Source of the DNA: Octopus sinensis
Lineage: Eukaryota
Length of the DNA stretch: 64,000 bases
Direction of reading: 5' to 3'
Assembly (NCBI RefSeq): GCF_006345805.1
Contig: NC_043008.1
Location: 71,982,001-72,046,000 of the forward strand
Both the position numbers and the translations under genes were made by a program. The notes under the pieces are model-generated. The model made no database searches, was not told the DNA's origin, and was given only the letters and a program-made list of their open reading frames with translations. Positions 25,596 through 40,039 of the stretch are shown here, in pieces; within the stretch, counting starts at the first letter, position 1, and every line of letters begins with the position of its first letter.

Positions 25596-28500
25596 ATATA
25601 GATATACATATATATATATATATATACATGTAAATATATATGCATATATATATATATATATATAAGATAATGTGTCAACAATATTGCCATAAATGTTCTT
25701 GGGGGCTAAAGCCTTCTTTTACTGTAGGATAACATCATTAGGCCAATTTTTCCCCTTTTCAGGTCCTTCATGGTCAGCCTATGAACTTTTCAGCCCACCC
25801 TCGTAGAAATGTTTTCCAGATTAATGATTTAGCTCTGATAACAAGAGAAAATTATATATATAAGCTACTAAAAGATCTAGCAAAACAGGATATCGAACCC
25901 GCAACACGTAACTGGATCATTAAAAGCTTACCAGTGATTTATTTTAGTTGCATGTTAGATAGAAATACTGTTACATTTGAACCTATACATCAATTAATGA
26001 CTAGAATCTAAAGAGGCCTGGATGTCATCTTCAATGTGATGGAGGTTAGCCGTGAAATATGTGGGACAAGAAGCGAATAGTATGAAATTGGGGATGTTTC
26101 AATATTATTGATGAATCAAATATTGATCTTCAGTAACTCCCTTCTTTTTCTCCCCTCAATTTAGTAAAGACAAAGAATGAAGTGAAATAGAATTTCCTCA
26201 ATCAGCACCAATAGAATGGAAAAAAAGTGACCAAGTTCAGCTGAACATTTTTTGATAAACAGATTGTCACTCTTTGACAAGTGCTCATTCATTAAAACCC
26301 TTGAAGCCTGCGCCAAATTAAGATTCCTCTTTATATCTGATGCAGGAACGGGAAGCATGAAAGGACATAATCGGTAAAAGGAACAAAAGACAAAAAGAAG
26401 ATCCCCCACCACTTTTACAAACATACACAACAGAAAAAAGTGGGAAATTTTTAAATAAAATATAAACATCAAAAAATCTAAAAATGAGAAAACTAAAATT
26501 GAAACAAAATATGTTTTCAAGTGAAATTTCTAACAGACTAATTTGAAATATCTGATGGAGAGCATAAAAAAATATTTGAACAAAGAAGAAAAAATAGATA
26601 TTCTAAAACCATATATGGAATAAACATTTTTTAAAAATGTTTTTTGAATACAAATGGAGACATTTTCAAATGTCAAACAGAGTACCAAATATGATGAGCA
26701 TTGGAATGGTATAGCTTGCTTTTCAGTAAAATGGATAAATCAAAGAGGTATTGATGTTTTAGAGAGAGGAAAAAATACTCTTCTTTAGTTTAAACAATAG
26801 CCATGTTTTCTGATTTGTTAAAAACAACATGATGTAAAAACAATACTGATTGGAATTTCCAATCATACGACGGCCTAGAAATCATTATTATGTTCTGTTA
26901 CTGTGACGAATATGGAGCACCATTAAATTCAGTCGGCAGCAATGGCATACGTGGGTTTAACACGCAGGGTAACCTAGTTACTGAAAGATATAGAATTATT
27001 AGATTAAACATAAAATATATGAAAAATGATGTGTGATGTTAAATAAGCGTTTGTACCTAACGATTGAAATTTTAGTAGATTATGCAACTGGTGAACGCCA
27101 GTGGGATGTTAAATTAAGGAGTATTGATAGGAAAAGATTAATTGTCAGAAATAAATGTGAGGAGGTGTGTTAAAACAGCTCCATGTTAATTACTGTGTCA
27201 AGATTGTATATTGAACATGTGGCCGTGACTATGGGCTTCGTGGGTCTTTTGAAAGAACATTTTTTTGTCTGAAGAAAGCATAGTTATTTTATTTATTTAT
27301 TTTTACGCTTTTGGACATTCCCAGCATCAGTGAAATTGATGCAGTTGCAGTTCTTAGGTTAATGCATTCTAACAACCACAGCAGGAACGTGGACAAAGAG
27401 AGATTTCAGAGACATATCTAAATAAGAAGGATTTGGATGATGGTGGTGAATGCGAGGCATAGGAGTTGAGGAAACACATCGCATGTCACAGAAGGGCAAG
27501 AAACAAAAGAATCACGTCTTCCTATTTGAAAGTTACACAAAACCACTGTAATTAGACAATTAGTAGCCGTTCTCGCAACAGCAGGAGAGACAAAAGTTGA
27601 TATGAGTAGGTTTGTAGACCAGAAATGATGAACGATTCCATTTTAAATTCGTCGGTTGACAATCGATATGATATAATGCGATGTATAAGACGATGGGATT
27701 TAAACTGCGAATACGAACGTATGAAACAGTTTTCACTTCTAAACATTGTCACTATATAAATAATGAGCATTTAGTTTGTTCTTTTTGGTTCTAGTCATGT
27801 TATGTGTTCTAAACACATAATCCATAGTGGATGTAAACATTTGTTCCGAAGTTGCAATCTGAATATGTAACGTAATTTACCCCAGTTTGTTTCATTTGGT
27901 TGTAGACATGTGATCTAAACGCATGATTTAAACATTGCACCTATCAATGTAATGTACACATATGACTTTCTATTCTAATGCAATACTCAACATATATACA
28001 GTTCTAGGTTTAATGTTATGACAAGAAACATTCATATGATGTTCATTCCCAACTATAGAATCCACTTAGCCCATCTCAGAGTTTTATTGTCGCATTATCA
28101 ATTACTACATTCTGCCACTTAGCTATTTCACACCATGCACTAAATGATTTCAGCCTATATTTCAAACTGCTTCTGAGATATCTACATATCTATATAGCTA
28201 TCCGAAGCAACATCCATCAGTACACCTTTATTTATTAAGAAGCGAGTGATTTTCCCCGTAGAAGTAACACGCCACACTATGGGCTTGAGAAAAGTTCAGT
28301 CGAGAGGTAGGAAATAAACTTTTGCAAAATGAAACTTTCGGATTTCTTCAATGAAATTGTTGCTTGAATTACTAAGTTTCATTATTAATTACTTCAACAC
28401 TTCTTAATTGATACTTGTTTTCTTAGTGTGGTTCAGATTGTTCGATTTGCCACACTATACTCCCGACCAAATTTTATAATACTTATTCCATTCCCATGTT

Positions 28501-28764
28501 TGCATAGAATTTCCTTCTTAGTTTCTATGGTAATTGATTTTCTACTTTGTTTCCGTTGATCCATTGTTATTCATTTAGGACAAATATATGAGAAACAATA
28601 TTGTTTTCTATATAAAATATAAAATTTTGTAAACTACATGGGACCTTAACGAACATTACTTATATGCCCTCTCAGCCATTATATGCGTGGGTCTTCTTTG
28701 CGTTGGTTGTTCAAGTTTCACTTCGTTGGTTAAATATAATTTTCTTCAAAGAAACAGTTCACAA

Positions 28765-29170
28765 GGGATGGCTGCGTGGTAAGAAACTCGCTTCCTAACC
28801 ACATGGATTAGGGTTCAGTCCCACTGCGTGGAACCATAGTCATATTCTACTATATCCTCGGGCCGACCAAAATCTTGTCGGTGGATTTTATAAACAGTAA
28901 GTGGTAAAAGCCCTTCGTTTATACATATATGTGTGTGCATGTGTGTGTATGTATGTGTGTGTGTGTGCTTCTGACTTTGTGTCTTTGTCCCCTCAACCTC
29001 GCTTGACAACCGTTGTTGGAGTGTTTATGTCATTGTAACTTAGCGGTTCAGCAAAAGGAACTAATAGAATAAGTACTAGACTTACAAAGAATAAATCCTG
29101 GGGCCAATTTATTCGACCAAAAGCTTTCAGGTATGGGCGCAGGCAAATGACTGAAACATGTAAAAGAATG
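28765..29170 (+). mobile_element. SINE family B copy (near full length)
   Basis: TGGCTGCGTGGTAAG A-box-like, GGTTCAGTCCC B-box-like, CORE-like body, internal microsatellite and 3' ATGACTGAAAC. Confidence 0.85.
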
Positions 29171-29520
29171 AAAGTATAATACAATTTGATAATTTAACTT
29201 ATAGTTCGCATACGTTCTCCCAGCAACTTATACCTATGTTCTTCAGTTAAATCATTCGTAATTCAATTTGATCACTTACGGAAATGCTCTTATATGGATA
29301 ACCAACTGCATATATACATACATAAATACATACTTACACACATATATATATATATATGGCTATGTGTGTGTATACATATATACATGTGTATATACATATA
29401 TACATGTGTGTGTATGCATCTATGTAGATGGATGTGAATGTGCATACATATGTACATGCACAAACACATGAACGCACACAAACACAGACACTGCGCGCAC
29501 GCACACACACATACACACAC

Positions 29521-29580
<60 letters not shown>

Positions 29581-29582
29581 GA

Positions 29583-31541
29583 TCTTATACATATATAAAA
29601 GCAAGTTGTCTGTTTGTTTCAAGTTGCCATCTACACCCTTTAACGAATTTATGTGCAACTTTGCAAATATGCTAAAGTAATATCCACTTTGTTACTAATC
29701 TCATTAAAGTTTAATAAAAGTCTATAATTAGATGGCTAGAACTCCTGGAAGGGATCCTTATATATAACTAATATATTTTATTTTTACAGCGAAGGGAAAT
29801 AACCCATTCATTTTCCTATATTATTTGGTATAAATCAAGTTGAATATGTTATTTCTTATCATTGGGATTGTTAGAGTTATTTTCGCAATTTCTCCAGTAC
29901 AACCCTTAAACAAGTAAACAGAATTTTCCTAAACAATAGATCCACTAATTTCGGTTAATGACGTATTCACAGATATACCATAAATGACGTTGCATCTACT
30001 GCTGCATACTGTCCTAGGTCCTCCATCATTCACAGACTTTCGAAGACACAATTGGGATGTCTGCGCCAAGCTTGGACTACTGGAGGACGATGCTCACTGG
30101 GACCAGACACTGGAGGTGGTAGCAGTCAGCACAGCATTAAATCAACTACACCAGCTATTTTCTATCTTACTGATGACATGCGGTTTATGTGAACATCTCA
30201 AGGTTTGGGTGATCCATAAACCTTGCATGGCAGAGGACATCCTTTAAACGATTCAAAGGCAAACCTCAATAGAAATTTCCCCGTTTAATAATGCGATTTA
30301 CTATGAGGCTCGCAATTGAGCACCTGCTAGAATTCAGCTATGACATCGAGGAAATGACGGTGTATATAGCTGATAAAGAACACAAACCGATGGAGGACCA
30401 ACTGGATGTCTATAACACCATTATTTCGAGCATTGAAAATGAAAGAGAAGGTCGTTTTTTTCTGGATGCTCCAGGTGGAACTGGCAAAACATTCGTCATC
30501 AACCTTCATCTCGCTTAACTGCGTCAAATTAAACACATTGCCATAGCAGTGGTGTCAAGAGGAATAGTTGCAACTCTGTTAAGTGGTGGCCGCACAATTC
30601 ACTCCGATTTCAAACTCCCTTTGGACTTGTCCAAGAAAGAGAAGGCAAACTTTACCACTTCATTTGGCGAAAAGGATGACTGGGTAAGCTTGCCCTTTGG
30701 ACATATGATATCTGATTTAAAGTAACTAGTGAATACTGTGTTTTATAACCTCAGGAATCAGTTTACAGACAACAATTGGATGAAAAGCCGTGCCATGTTA
30801 GGTTCAAAGAATGTGGTAGTGTTGATTTGAAATATAAACTGGAACAATTACCAGATAGACGTTACGTCTACAATGCTATTGATGCTGGACTCAACATCAA
30901 TGAAGCTGTGAATTATCCAGTTGAATTCTTGAGCAGTCTAACACCACCTGGCCTCCCGCCTCACACCATGCACCTCAAGATTGGGGCATCACTTATACTG
31001 CTTCGAAACCCCGATCCACCAAAGCTTTGTAATTGTACACGACTTATAATAAAGCAGATGGTGCCAACAGTTTTGGAGACAACGATTTTGACTTGTAAAG
31101 CAAGCGGGGAGCCTGTATTCATACTTACAATTCCACTTATTCCTTCGGATATACCTTTCCAGTACAAGCGCTTGCAATTCCTGTTGAAATTGAACTTTGC
31201 AATGATCATTAATGAGGCCCAGGTGCAAACCTTGAACGTGGTAGGTCTGAGACTTACAGAACCAGTTTTCTCCCAGGGCCAACTTTATGTGGGATGCTCA
31301 AGAGTCGGCAATCCTAATCATTTCTTCATATATGTCTTACAAGGAAACACCAAAAATGTTGTTTATCAAGAAGCTCTGCAAACGTAATAAGATTCACCAA
31401 ATCATCAAGTATTTACTATTTAACTGTTATATTTGTAAAAATTGTAAACGTGTTGATAATCTATATGTTTGTGCATTAACTACTGTATTAGAGCGGTTTA
31501 GATCTTATTTCTCGCAATGGAGTTGTTGCCTGATATCCTAG
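29583..31541 (+). mobile_element. Internally deleted non-autonomous Helitron with Pif1-like helicase remnants
   Basis: 5' A|TCTTATACATATATAAAAGCAAGTTGTCTG; 3' weak GCAA/TTGC hairpin then CTAG|T (31538-41). Walker A FLDAPGGTGKT; NYPVEFL..PPGLPPH..LKIG..LLRN..PPKLCN.TRL; RLQF..AM.IN.AQ.QTL; PVFS.GQLYVGCSRV; TKNVVY.EAL. Confidence 0.92.
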
Positions 31542-31792
31542 TCACATTCAGTGACATATATATATTTAAATATATACACAGTAAGCCCTCGACTATCGCA
31601 GGTATTAGGCTTCAAAACTCCACGTGATAGGCGAAAATCCGCGAAGTAAAAAGTAAGGAGGAGTAAACAGAGTTCTTTTAATTAATATTTTTATACTTAG
31701 TATATAGTTATTTTATTACAATTGCAACACAACACCATAGATGAATCGACACAATCTTATATAATAAACCGCAATATGGCGAGGTATTACTG

Positions 31793-31832
<40 letters not shown>

Positions 31833-31929
31833 ATATGCACCTACCTTTAGACATAAATGCATATAAAGGTATATACTTATGTACATTCATATATGTATAT
31901 ACATATAGTAATATACATATATGTATATA

Positions 31930-32005
<76 letters not shown>

Positions 32006-33311
32006 CTTACATATATACATTTAAAATTTGCCAAAATAATTGGCCCCATATCCTATATTATATTAACTCAGAACAAAATCAGAAATTATAAGAATTATTA
32101 CCACCAGAAATGTAATGTAATCTTTTAAATAAATCACAGACGTAATCATGTTGGACATGACAAGACCATAGTAATTACATCATTTCTTTTTAATTAATTT
32201 TATATAATTATAATAGATTTTGTTTTTGAAAGGAAGTATGTTGCTTTTTATTCTACGTTATGCTATTGTCTTTAAATTTGCTGTTATCTGTTAATAAATA
32301 ACAATTAAAACGAAGTTAAGAAAATAATTTACTGCCTTCCACTTAATATAGTTGAATCATGTTTTGTTTGGTCTCTTTTTATTTTTATTACAATTATTAA
32401 TTTTATTATCTTTTTCAGTTTATTTGTGTATATATCTTCCTTTAATTTATGTGTTGTACATACACACACACACATACACACACACAAGCATATATATATA
32501 TCATAGAATGGAAACTCCCAGGTATTTGATTGTGTGTCTTTTTTCAGCTTTGTGAATTAGCTCTCAGCTGTTTTCCATAATTGAACTTTTGAAAAACATT
32601 TTGCGTCACTCCACAATGTTATTTCTTTTGATTTCGTTTCATTTTTCCGCATTCATTTCCACTCCTCCTTTCTCTGCAACGCATCGTTCTCTCTATCATT
32701 ATCTCTATATATCTCTCTAACACCAGCCGATGATAAATAGTTAACGTCACTTTGTTAATAAAGTAGTTGTTTATTCGTTCACCAGATAAGAGATTAGCTG
32801 AGAGAACATAACGATAATTAAATGTTTCTCTTTTGCGTTTTTCAAATGTAATTTGTATCGCTTGAAAGATTCGTCTTTTCTGAACTTATCGTGCATGCAT
32901 GACTTTTTACTTTTTTTCCGTTTTCCTTTTTTAACCGCAAAACTGTCGATTTACATTTCAAATAGTGGGCATGGTCAGCTATACATCTTTACACAGAAGT
33001 TGTTTCTTAAACACTTGAACACTTCGGTTATCCAATGTTTCTTAAAATGTAGGAACTACATTTTTTTCTTCGTATTTTCTATCTTTTTGATATCCTTTGA
33101 TTAATTTATGATTTACTAGTAGTTTTTTTTTTTTATTCTTACTTCTTCCAGTCTTAACATCCTGCAATGATTATCACACCCACCTCTACCACCAAATCAT
33201 TTCGAATTTGACCATGAACTCTTCCATCACTGTCGTTATTTCCGCAATAAGATGCACCACCACCACCACCACCGTCGCCGCGGCCACTGTCACCATCATC
33301 ATCATTATTAT

Positions 33312-34065
33312 TAAGGTAGGGAACTGGCAGAATCGTTAGGACGCCAGGCAAAATACCGAAAATTTGTCCGTCTTTACGTTCAGTGTTCAGACTCTTCTGA
33401 GGTCGATATTGCCTTTCATACTTTGGGGTCGATAAAATGAGTATAGTGGAGTACTGGGGTCGATTCAATAGACTAAACCCCAAATTTATTGGCCTTGTGT
33501 CAAGATTTGAAATCGTCATTTTTTTTTATTATAAAGACGGCAAAGGCGGCGAGGTGGCAGAATTGTTAGGACGCTGGACAAAATGCTTAGCAGTATTTCG
33601 TCTGTCTTTACGTTCTGTGTTCAAATTCCGCCTTTCGAGGTCGAAAGATTAAGTACCAGTAAAACAATGGGGTCGATGTAATCGATTAGTACTCTCCCAA
33701 AAATTTCCGGCCTTGTGCCTATCGTAGAACGGATTTTTGAGAAGGTGAATTGCACAAATTGCTAAGCGGCATTTTATCCTTTTTTATATCCTGAGTTCAA
33801 ATTCCACCGCAGTGGCCATCAATTTCAGCCTTTACGGATAAATAAAATAAGTACCAAATCGAGCACTGGGGTTTATTTAATTGACTAGCCCCCTCTCCAT
33901 AATTTGAGGCGTCCTGTTAATAAAAGAATTTATTATTATCATCATATAAGCAGGCGAGCTGTCAGAATCGTTAGCACAATAGACGAAATACTTAGCCACA
34001 TTTCTTCTGACTTTACGTTCTGATTTCAAATTGCCATTCATCATTACAGAGTCGATAGAATACGT
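33312..34065 (+). mobile_element. Cluster of four head-to-tail SINE family A copies
   Basis: Bodies at about 33312-33510, 33543-33740, 33750-33910 and 33949-34065, each with a GTTCAAATT-type B-box region. Confidence 0.8.
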
Positions 34066-34089
34066 GAAATGATGAGAAACAAATTGATA

Positions 34090-36010
34090 ATTTTCGGTTC
34101 AAGCTCTATTAAATAGAAGTACAGAAAAATGGCAAAATGCTTTGCAAAATGGTTGGCTTTTGTGGTCTGATCGCTGACGTGCAAACATGCATCATCCGAA
34201 GCAGATCCACGAAAAATCCACTTCATGCAATACCTCATAGAGAGGGTAGGGGTAGAAGCTGGCATTGGAAAGACTCAATAGATAGCTTTCGATAAAGTCG
34301 ACCACAAATACATACTCGCTGCTCTCATGGTAATCGATTTCCGCCCCGGTTATATTGTCGCAATGTACAGCGACATCTGCTTGATAGTTACGACAAATAG
34401 TTTGCAATTGAAGCAATTCCGTATCTTTCGCTCGGTCAGTCAAGATTGTTTCATTTAGTCTTCTCTGTTCTTACTGAGTCTAGAGTTACTGCACGGAAAC
34501 TGGAGACGTGAGCGAACTCTAAAGTGGGAGAACAGTGGCGGCATATGAAGTCGATATCACTGCCATAGTGTTGGACATTAGGTATATAGACCTGATCGCC
34601 ACTGCTTGAGTGGAAGAAAAAGACTCAACTAGACAAATGAGTGGCGTTGTAGCTAGACACGCGGAAAAGTAGTCCATGCAGTCAAATAACAACGTGCGAC
34701 GTTGGACGGACCGTTTAAATTGTTCATGGTCTGATTTTGTCCAGATATCCAAGTGGACAAGGACTAGGCTGAGTTGCCGTATAAGGTGACCAGTATCACC
34801 CAGAAATGGGCCGTGAGGAAGTTATTCCTGAAAGATCGTGAACTTCATATATTACGGCCTAACCGTCGTGCTGTATCCCAGTTCTCATCAGACCGGACCA
34901 GATCAGCTACACTTCCGCTTTCTATAGAAGGGACTCATTCCATTTACTAGACGTTCCTTTTGCTGTCAACACCACATAACTAAGGGACTGAAAATGCCAA
35001 TGCTGATGGTGCAAAGACATGCACCGAGGCTGTAATATCACCAGCATTTTCTCAACGGTGTGCGAGTGTGTTTATCCTTTTCCAGCATTGCTTTAGCGTA
35101 GCTTGTCTCTGTAAGCTGCAGTTCAGGATGAAGTGTAGACGAGGCCGGATGCTCGGTAACTAGATAATACCAGGTGCTTATAACTATCTACCATTTGGAT
35201 AATAAAGTTGATGGAAGTTCATCGTTGTAGGGGTTTAGTAGTAGGCTAGACTGCGAGACTCTGAGAGTCGAGGAATATCAAACGACCAGTGTGTTCCGGA
35301 GTACATTCAGGCCGGAACCACTGGTAAGTTTTGGAAGTTTATGGCCTCTAGAACAACCGGTGGCCATTGCCGGTTCCAGATAAATGCTGCATGCATGCAA
35401 AGTCCGCCATCCAAGCCTTCTCTAGATGCAAACACAGCGACAGGACTGTTCAGCACACACTCGTTAAGCTGTTGTATTGCTAACTTATGATTTATGTTGA
35501 AGATCTTCTGTTGCATTCAGAACGGAACGGGCTATTAGCTGAATCCATTGTGAAGCTATGTCCATCATCTCCCTTTGGATGGGAAGTACAGGCAGTGAAT
35601 GTCTTTCATGTGGCTTCTGTAAATTAGATTGTGTGAAAGACCAAACTGAAAGGGCTGAAGACAATATTCTTCCTCTTTGGCCAAGCCCGCATCAATTTAT
35701 TCAGTTTTCACAGGAAAACGAGAGTGGGTGTTGAAAGGGAAGTGCTGCCTTGCAACAAATTTATTGAAATGTGGCTGAATATGCAAGGTTGGTCTGAATG
35801 AACGGGCCTCTTCTTTACATGCACATGTAGACTGAGCGTACAGGATGAGTAGAGAGCGTTTTCTTAGTGGTCAACTTCGTTTATAGGTTTTGTTAGGGTT
35901 TCAACGAGAAGCTCACGGAAGTCTCACCTTTATATTATCTCGCAACATATATGGTATTAGCTTGTGCTCTCATTGCTCTGATTAAGACCTCGCTGCTTAA
36001 TAAAGAAATC
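34090..36010 (+). pseudogene. Decayed Tx1/L1-like non-LTR retrotransposon RT and 3' region
   Basis: MAKCFAKWLAFVV, AFDKVDHKY, AMYSDI, FRIFRSVSQDC (cf. SVRQGCPLS), AYEVDIT (cf. AYADDIT); AATAAA near 35999. The 3' boundary is approximate. Confidence 0.75.
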
Positions 36011-37129
36011 TTCCTTATCGTTACGTAAGGTAAGACGCTGCGTAGACTAAATGTGTTACGGTAATTGATTCCGTCTATTTAAATTCTTTGATTATTAGAG
36101 TACAATTTTGCAGCCCATTCAACCATGATTTGTATATCTGCTAATTAGTTAGTACGATTAGAATGTTAATTACTTAGCTATTTAGATATTTCCATAGTTA
36201 GTTAATTGATTAATTAGTTAATAGGTAAATATGTTTAATTAGTAAATTTGTTAATTGATTAGTTATTTCAATTACTATATGGTTTCTAATTAGATAAGTG
36301 CTTAGTACGATTGGTTAATTAATTAGCTACTTAATTAAATAGTTAATTATTAGATTAGATGGGGGTCTTATTGTCATCATCTCCACCGTCGCTCAGTTTC
36401 AGGATTTGATATGCTATTGAATGTGAATAACTAATTAGATGGTCAACAAATTTAGTAACTACAGTTAGCTGGTTGGTTAATCAGCTAATTATGTTAGTAC
36501 TCTAGCTGATTAGCTGGTAATGCATTACGACAGTTGGTTAAACTCGATGGTTAGTTGATATGCTTATTTGTTAAATTAACAGATTATCATTTCTGCAAAG
36601 TTAATTATATTTTTCTCAAATTTAGGCTTGGCTGTTAGTTATTTTGAATAATTTATGGAAATGCCTAATACATTGTTCGAAGGAATGGTATGTCCAGGTA
36701 ATGGAATAATTTGATGTGTTGCACAAATTGTCCGTTGGAATAAATACTGGCTGTTCGTTTACAGATAACAAACTACTCTGTCAGTTATAACAACATCAAT
36801 ACAACGATGTTAGTGCCTCAATAGAAGAGGAATGGTGCAGTGTGCCAAGTGATGCAGAGGTAAATGCAGATTTGGCACCTTGCTGATGGTGAATGATGTT
36901 GATGGGAAGAGAAGCATTGCGTGGCGGTGGCTGTGTTAATGGTTGATGACGAGATAGTGGTGCTAGTCAATGGTGGTGTTATTGGTAGGGATGGTTGTCT
37001 AAGGTAGTGGTGGTGAGGTTTTCGTAGTGACAATGTTGGTTGGGAGAGTCAGGTTGGTTACTGTCAAAAATGGTGATGGTGACAGGGCTGTCGTGATAGT
37101 AATGTGTTTGACGTAAAGGGGTCATAGAA

Positions 37130-37467
37130 GTAAGGGTGAAAGTGGTGATAGTGTTGTAGGTGGCGGTGACGATGGTGACTGTGATAAAAGAAAGATGAGA
37201 CAGACGAGTAGGGCAAAATTATTATTGCTAATGTTGAAAGTGGTGTAGCTGTTGATAACTACACTGCTGATACTAATGAAAACGCTGAAATTAATAACTG
37301 TAAAAATCCTTATTATTATTATTATCATTATTATTATTATTGTTGTTATTATTATTATTATTATTATTATCATTATTATTATTATTATCATTATTTTTAT
37401 TATTATCATCATCATCATCATCACCATCCTCCTCCTCCTCATCATCATCAACATTATTAATATTATG

Positions 37468-37500
<33 letters not shown>
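37130..37500. repeat. Degenerate (GGT/GAT)n then (ATT/ATC)n microsatellite
   Basis: Directly visible. Confidence 0.9.
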
Positions 37501-37502
37501 GA

Positions 37503-38005
37503 GTGAGAAAGCAGTTCATGCCATCAAAGTGACACTGGGGTAAAATATACGAAGCCCAGTATACCCATCATGACTACCCGTCTGATAAGAGTACACTAGG
37601 CACATGCATCCCAACAAAATATGTGCGCGACACGGTGATCTCATATCAAGATAAACAGCACATGATTTTGAAGGTGGGGCTCAGTCGAGTAACCCATCCC
37701 GCTCAAAAGGTCCCTGAATAAGGGTTGTTTAAGGAATTTGAAGGAAACACCCATGTTTCCAGAGATGAATTATTCAAACCCCAAAGAATCACTTTCAACA
37801 CATGGCTATGATGCGCCCCCAATATTTCTGCTTGTGATCAGAGATGCATGCATCGTCAGCCACTAAGGGACATGCTCAACTGGTTAAGGTCAAACAAGTA
37901 ACAAGCAAATCTGTGGTATTGAGCAGAATATTTGCTGTAGCCCATATTTTATACCAAGGCAAAACAATGTACATGATAACACTTCCAATCAGTTAAGATC
38001 AGAAG
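37503..38005. repeat. ~500-bp non-coding element embedded between (ATT)n and (AAT)n tracts; probable high-copy interspersed repeat
   Basis: GC-richer block with sharp borders against microsatellites. It resembles an abundant octopus repeat from memory only and is single-copy in this window. Confidence 0.5.
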
Positions 38006-38014
38006 TGACGGGAT

Positions 38015-38032
38015 TATATAATAATAATAATA

Positions 38033-38079
<47 letters not shown>

Positions 38080-38165
38080 TATTGTTATTATTATTATTAT
38101 TATTAGTAGTAGTAGTAGCAGTAGTAGTAGTAGTAGTAGTAGCAGTAGTAGCAGCAGCAGCATTC
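38015..38165. repeat. (AAT)n-(ATT)n-(AGT)n-(AGC)n compound microsatellite
   Basis: Directly visible. Confidence 0.92.
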
Positions 38166-38671
38166 ATTATAGGGGTTGCGGCAGGGGTTTAGGTGTGGGC
38201 GGTTGTCCCTGCGATGGTTGTACTGTGACAGTTGTGATACATATAATAATAATCTTGACGATCATCTTGATTTAGTAAGGACTTTGGTAGTTTAGTCGGC
38301 GACGATGGTGACGGTAGTTCAAATGATAGAGATTATAGTGGTAATGATTGTAATGGCAACGTTTGTAGTGGCTGTAACAACAGTGGTTGACCTGGAGACT
38401 ACAGTAATATATGTTATAGTAGTTCCATCAATAATGGCAACATAATATTTTTAGGATTTTCCGAAAAGTTTCCCATGTTGGATGTCCTTACACGACAATT
38501 ATATCGTTAATATCGCTAAGCATCGTCGAAGAACTTGGCCAATAGTTTAAACATCAGACTTAGTTTGTTAACTGAAGGACCGGCGTACAATATTTAATAT
38601 AACCAGGAAGTGTTAAATGATTGCAGGTTATAGTGATCGCAATGGGGTTTGAAGAATATCTTTTTTCTGTT

Positions 38672-38855
38672 TCAAACATTAGGCTGTGGCCCTACTGGAG
38701 AACCACCTTGAAAAAGTTTTAGTCAAAGGAATCGAACCCAGCGCACTTTTTTAAAGCCTGGCACTTATTCTATCGGTTCTTTTTGCTGAACTGCTATGTT
38801 ACAACGACGTAAACAAACCAACACTAGCTGTAAAGTAGTGGTGGTGGACAATCAC
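38672..38855 (-). mobile_element. SINE family B 3' half
   Basis: Reverse complement of the post-microsatellite part of family B. Confidence 0.65.
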
Positions 38856-38941
38856 AAGCAGAAAACACACAAAAACTCACACACACACATGCACACATAC
38901 ACAAACACACACACATGCGCATATATATATATATAGAAGCC

Positions 38942-39008
<67 letters not shown>

Positions 39009-39364
39009 CCGAGTGTATATATGCGTGTGTGCTTGTGTATATAAATATCTGGCATAGAATTTCTGACCATGAGTATTCACTGCTTTAATAAACTGAATTA
39101 AGAAGCTCCCCGAATTAGCATGGATACATACATACATACAACATACATACATGCATGCATACATACGAATATATACATGCACATGCATACATGCACGCAT
39201 ACAATGAGCCAGACTTATTCACGCATCTACATGTACATATGAAATGCAAAAACACTCAGAACTCAGATATACCACTGAAATTGAAACTCTTGCATAGTAA
39301 ATTATGAAAAAGTGTGAAGCACTGACACTTATATACCAAAGTATACAGATGTCTCTATATTCTT

Positions 39365-39520
39365 TTCTACCTTAGGCACAAGGTGTCTGAAATTTTGTGG
39401 GTGGGGTGGTCATTTATATCAACCCCGGTGCTCGACTGGTACTTCTGTTTTCGTACGTGAGAGGTTGAAAGGCAAAGTCGATCTTGATAGAAATTGAACT
39501 CAGAACACAAAAGCGCGTGG
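39365..39520 (-). mobile_element. SINE family A copy (partial)
   Basis: AGGCACAAGG..ACTGGTACTT..GAAAGGCAAAGTCGA..GAACTCAGAAC. Confidence 0.75.
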
Positions 39521-39739
39521 TACACTGCGCACCTGTTCAGACAACGTCGATTTGAGGGAGAGAATGCGATAATATTACTTCACGAGTATATGATCACTAT
39601 AAACAAATCATTTGTGCAGATCGTTCGCTAAAAGCTGAACGCTGATACGTCATCTTCAACAGAAGAGTTCATCATTATCAGTCCTGTTCCTTCGTATTGG
39701 AGGTCATCTTGACCTTGTTATCTCCCCTAATCTCCCCTC

Positions 39740-39965
39740 TCCCGTTTGACCATTCTGTCCGAAGTCAGACGCCATGATAGATCGTTAGCTACTACACACA
39801 TTTTTTTCTCTCCTTGTTTCTCTCCTTTTTTTCTGTGTATCTTTCTGTAGAAGAGCGTAGGCTCGAAACATAAAAGACTTTTTCTATTCCTGAGCGCTAT
39901 ACTAATACATCTGTTTGTTTGTACACCACCTGCCTTCGTATTTCGTTTATTTTCGTAAACTTTCC
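39740..39965 (+). repeat. Dispersed short repeat ending in (TA)n, with hammerhead-like motif (copy 1)
   Basis: Matches 43270-43522 and the 3' fragment at 23205-23290; motif TCTTT-CTGTAGA-A-GAGC/GCTC-GAAAC-ATA-AAAGA at 39840-39877. Confidence 0.75.
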
Positions 39966-40039
39966 CTTTATATATATATATTAATATATATAGTATTAAT
40001 TAATAGTAGGGGGTGGATTTCTTATTAGACTTTTATTAG

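Noticed and set aside
25761-26011. 83-codon open frame after a good acceptor (TTTTCAG)
   Set aside because: No recognisable domain, no partner exons, AT-rich composition; at most a faint RT-like resemblance.
26161-26520. 119-aa minus-strand ORF
   Set aside because: The F/L/I-rich part simply reflects an A-rich plus strand; there is no motif or convincing donor.
28765-28840. tRNA genes at SINE heads (A-box/B-box-like motifs)
   Set aside because: No cloverleaf with an acceptor stem is evident; the heads continue into SINE bodies.
31577-31650. CAGTAAGCCCTCG.. pogo/Tigger-like terminus
   Set aside because: Only one end is visible and there is no matching inverted repeat; too little to call.
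36120-36620. Dense TAATTA/TTAG cluster as a homeodomain enhancer
   Set aside because: Better explained as a decayed tetranucleotide low-complexity repeat next to a LINE 3' end.
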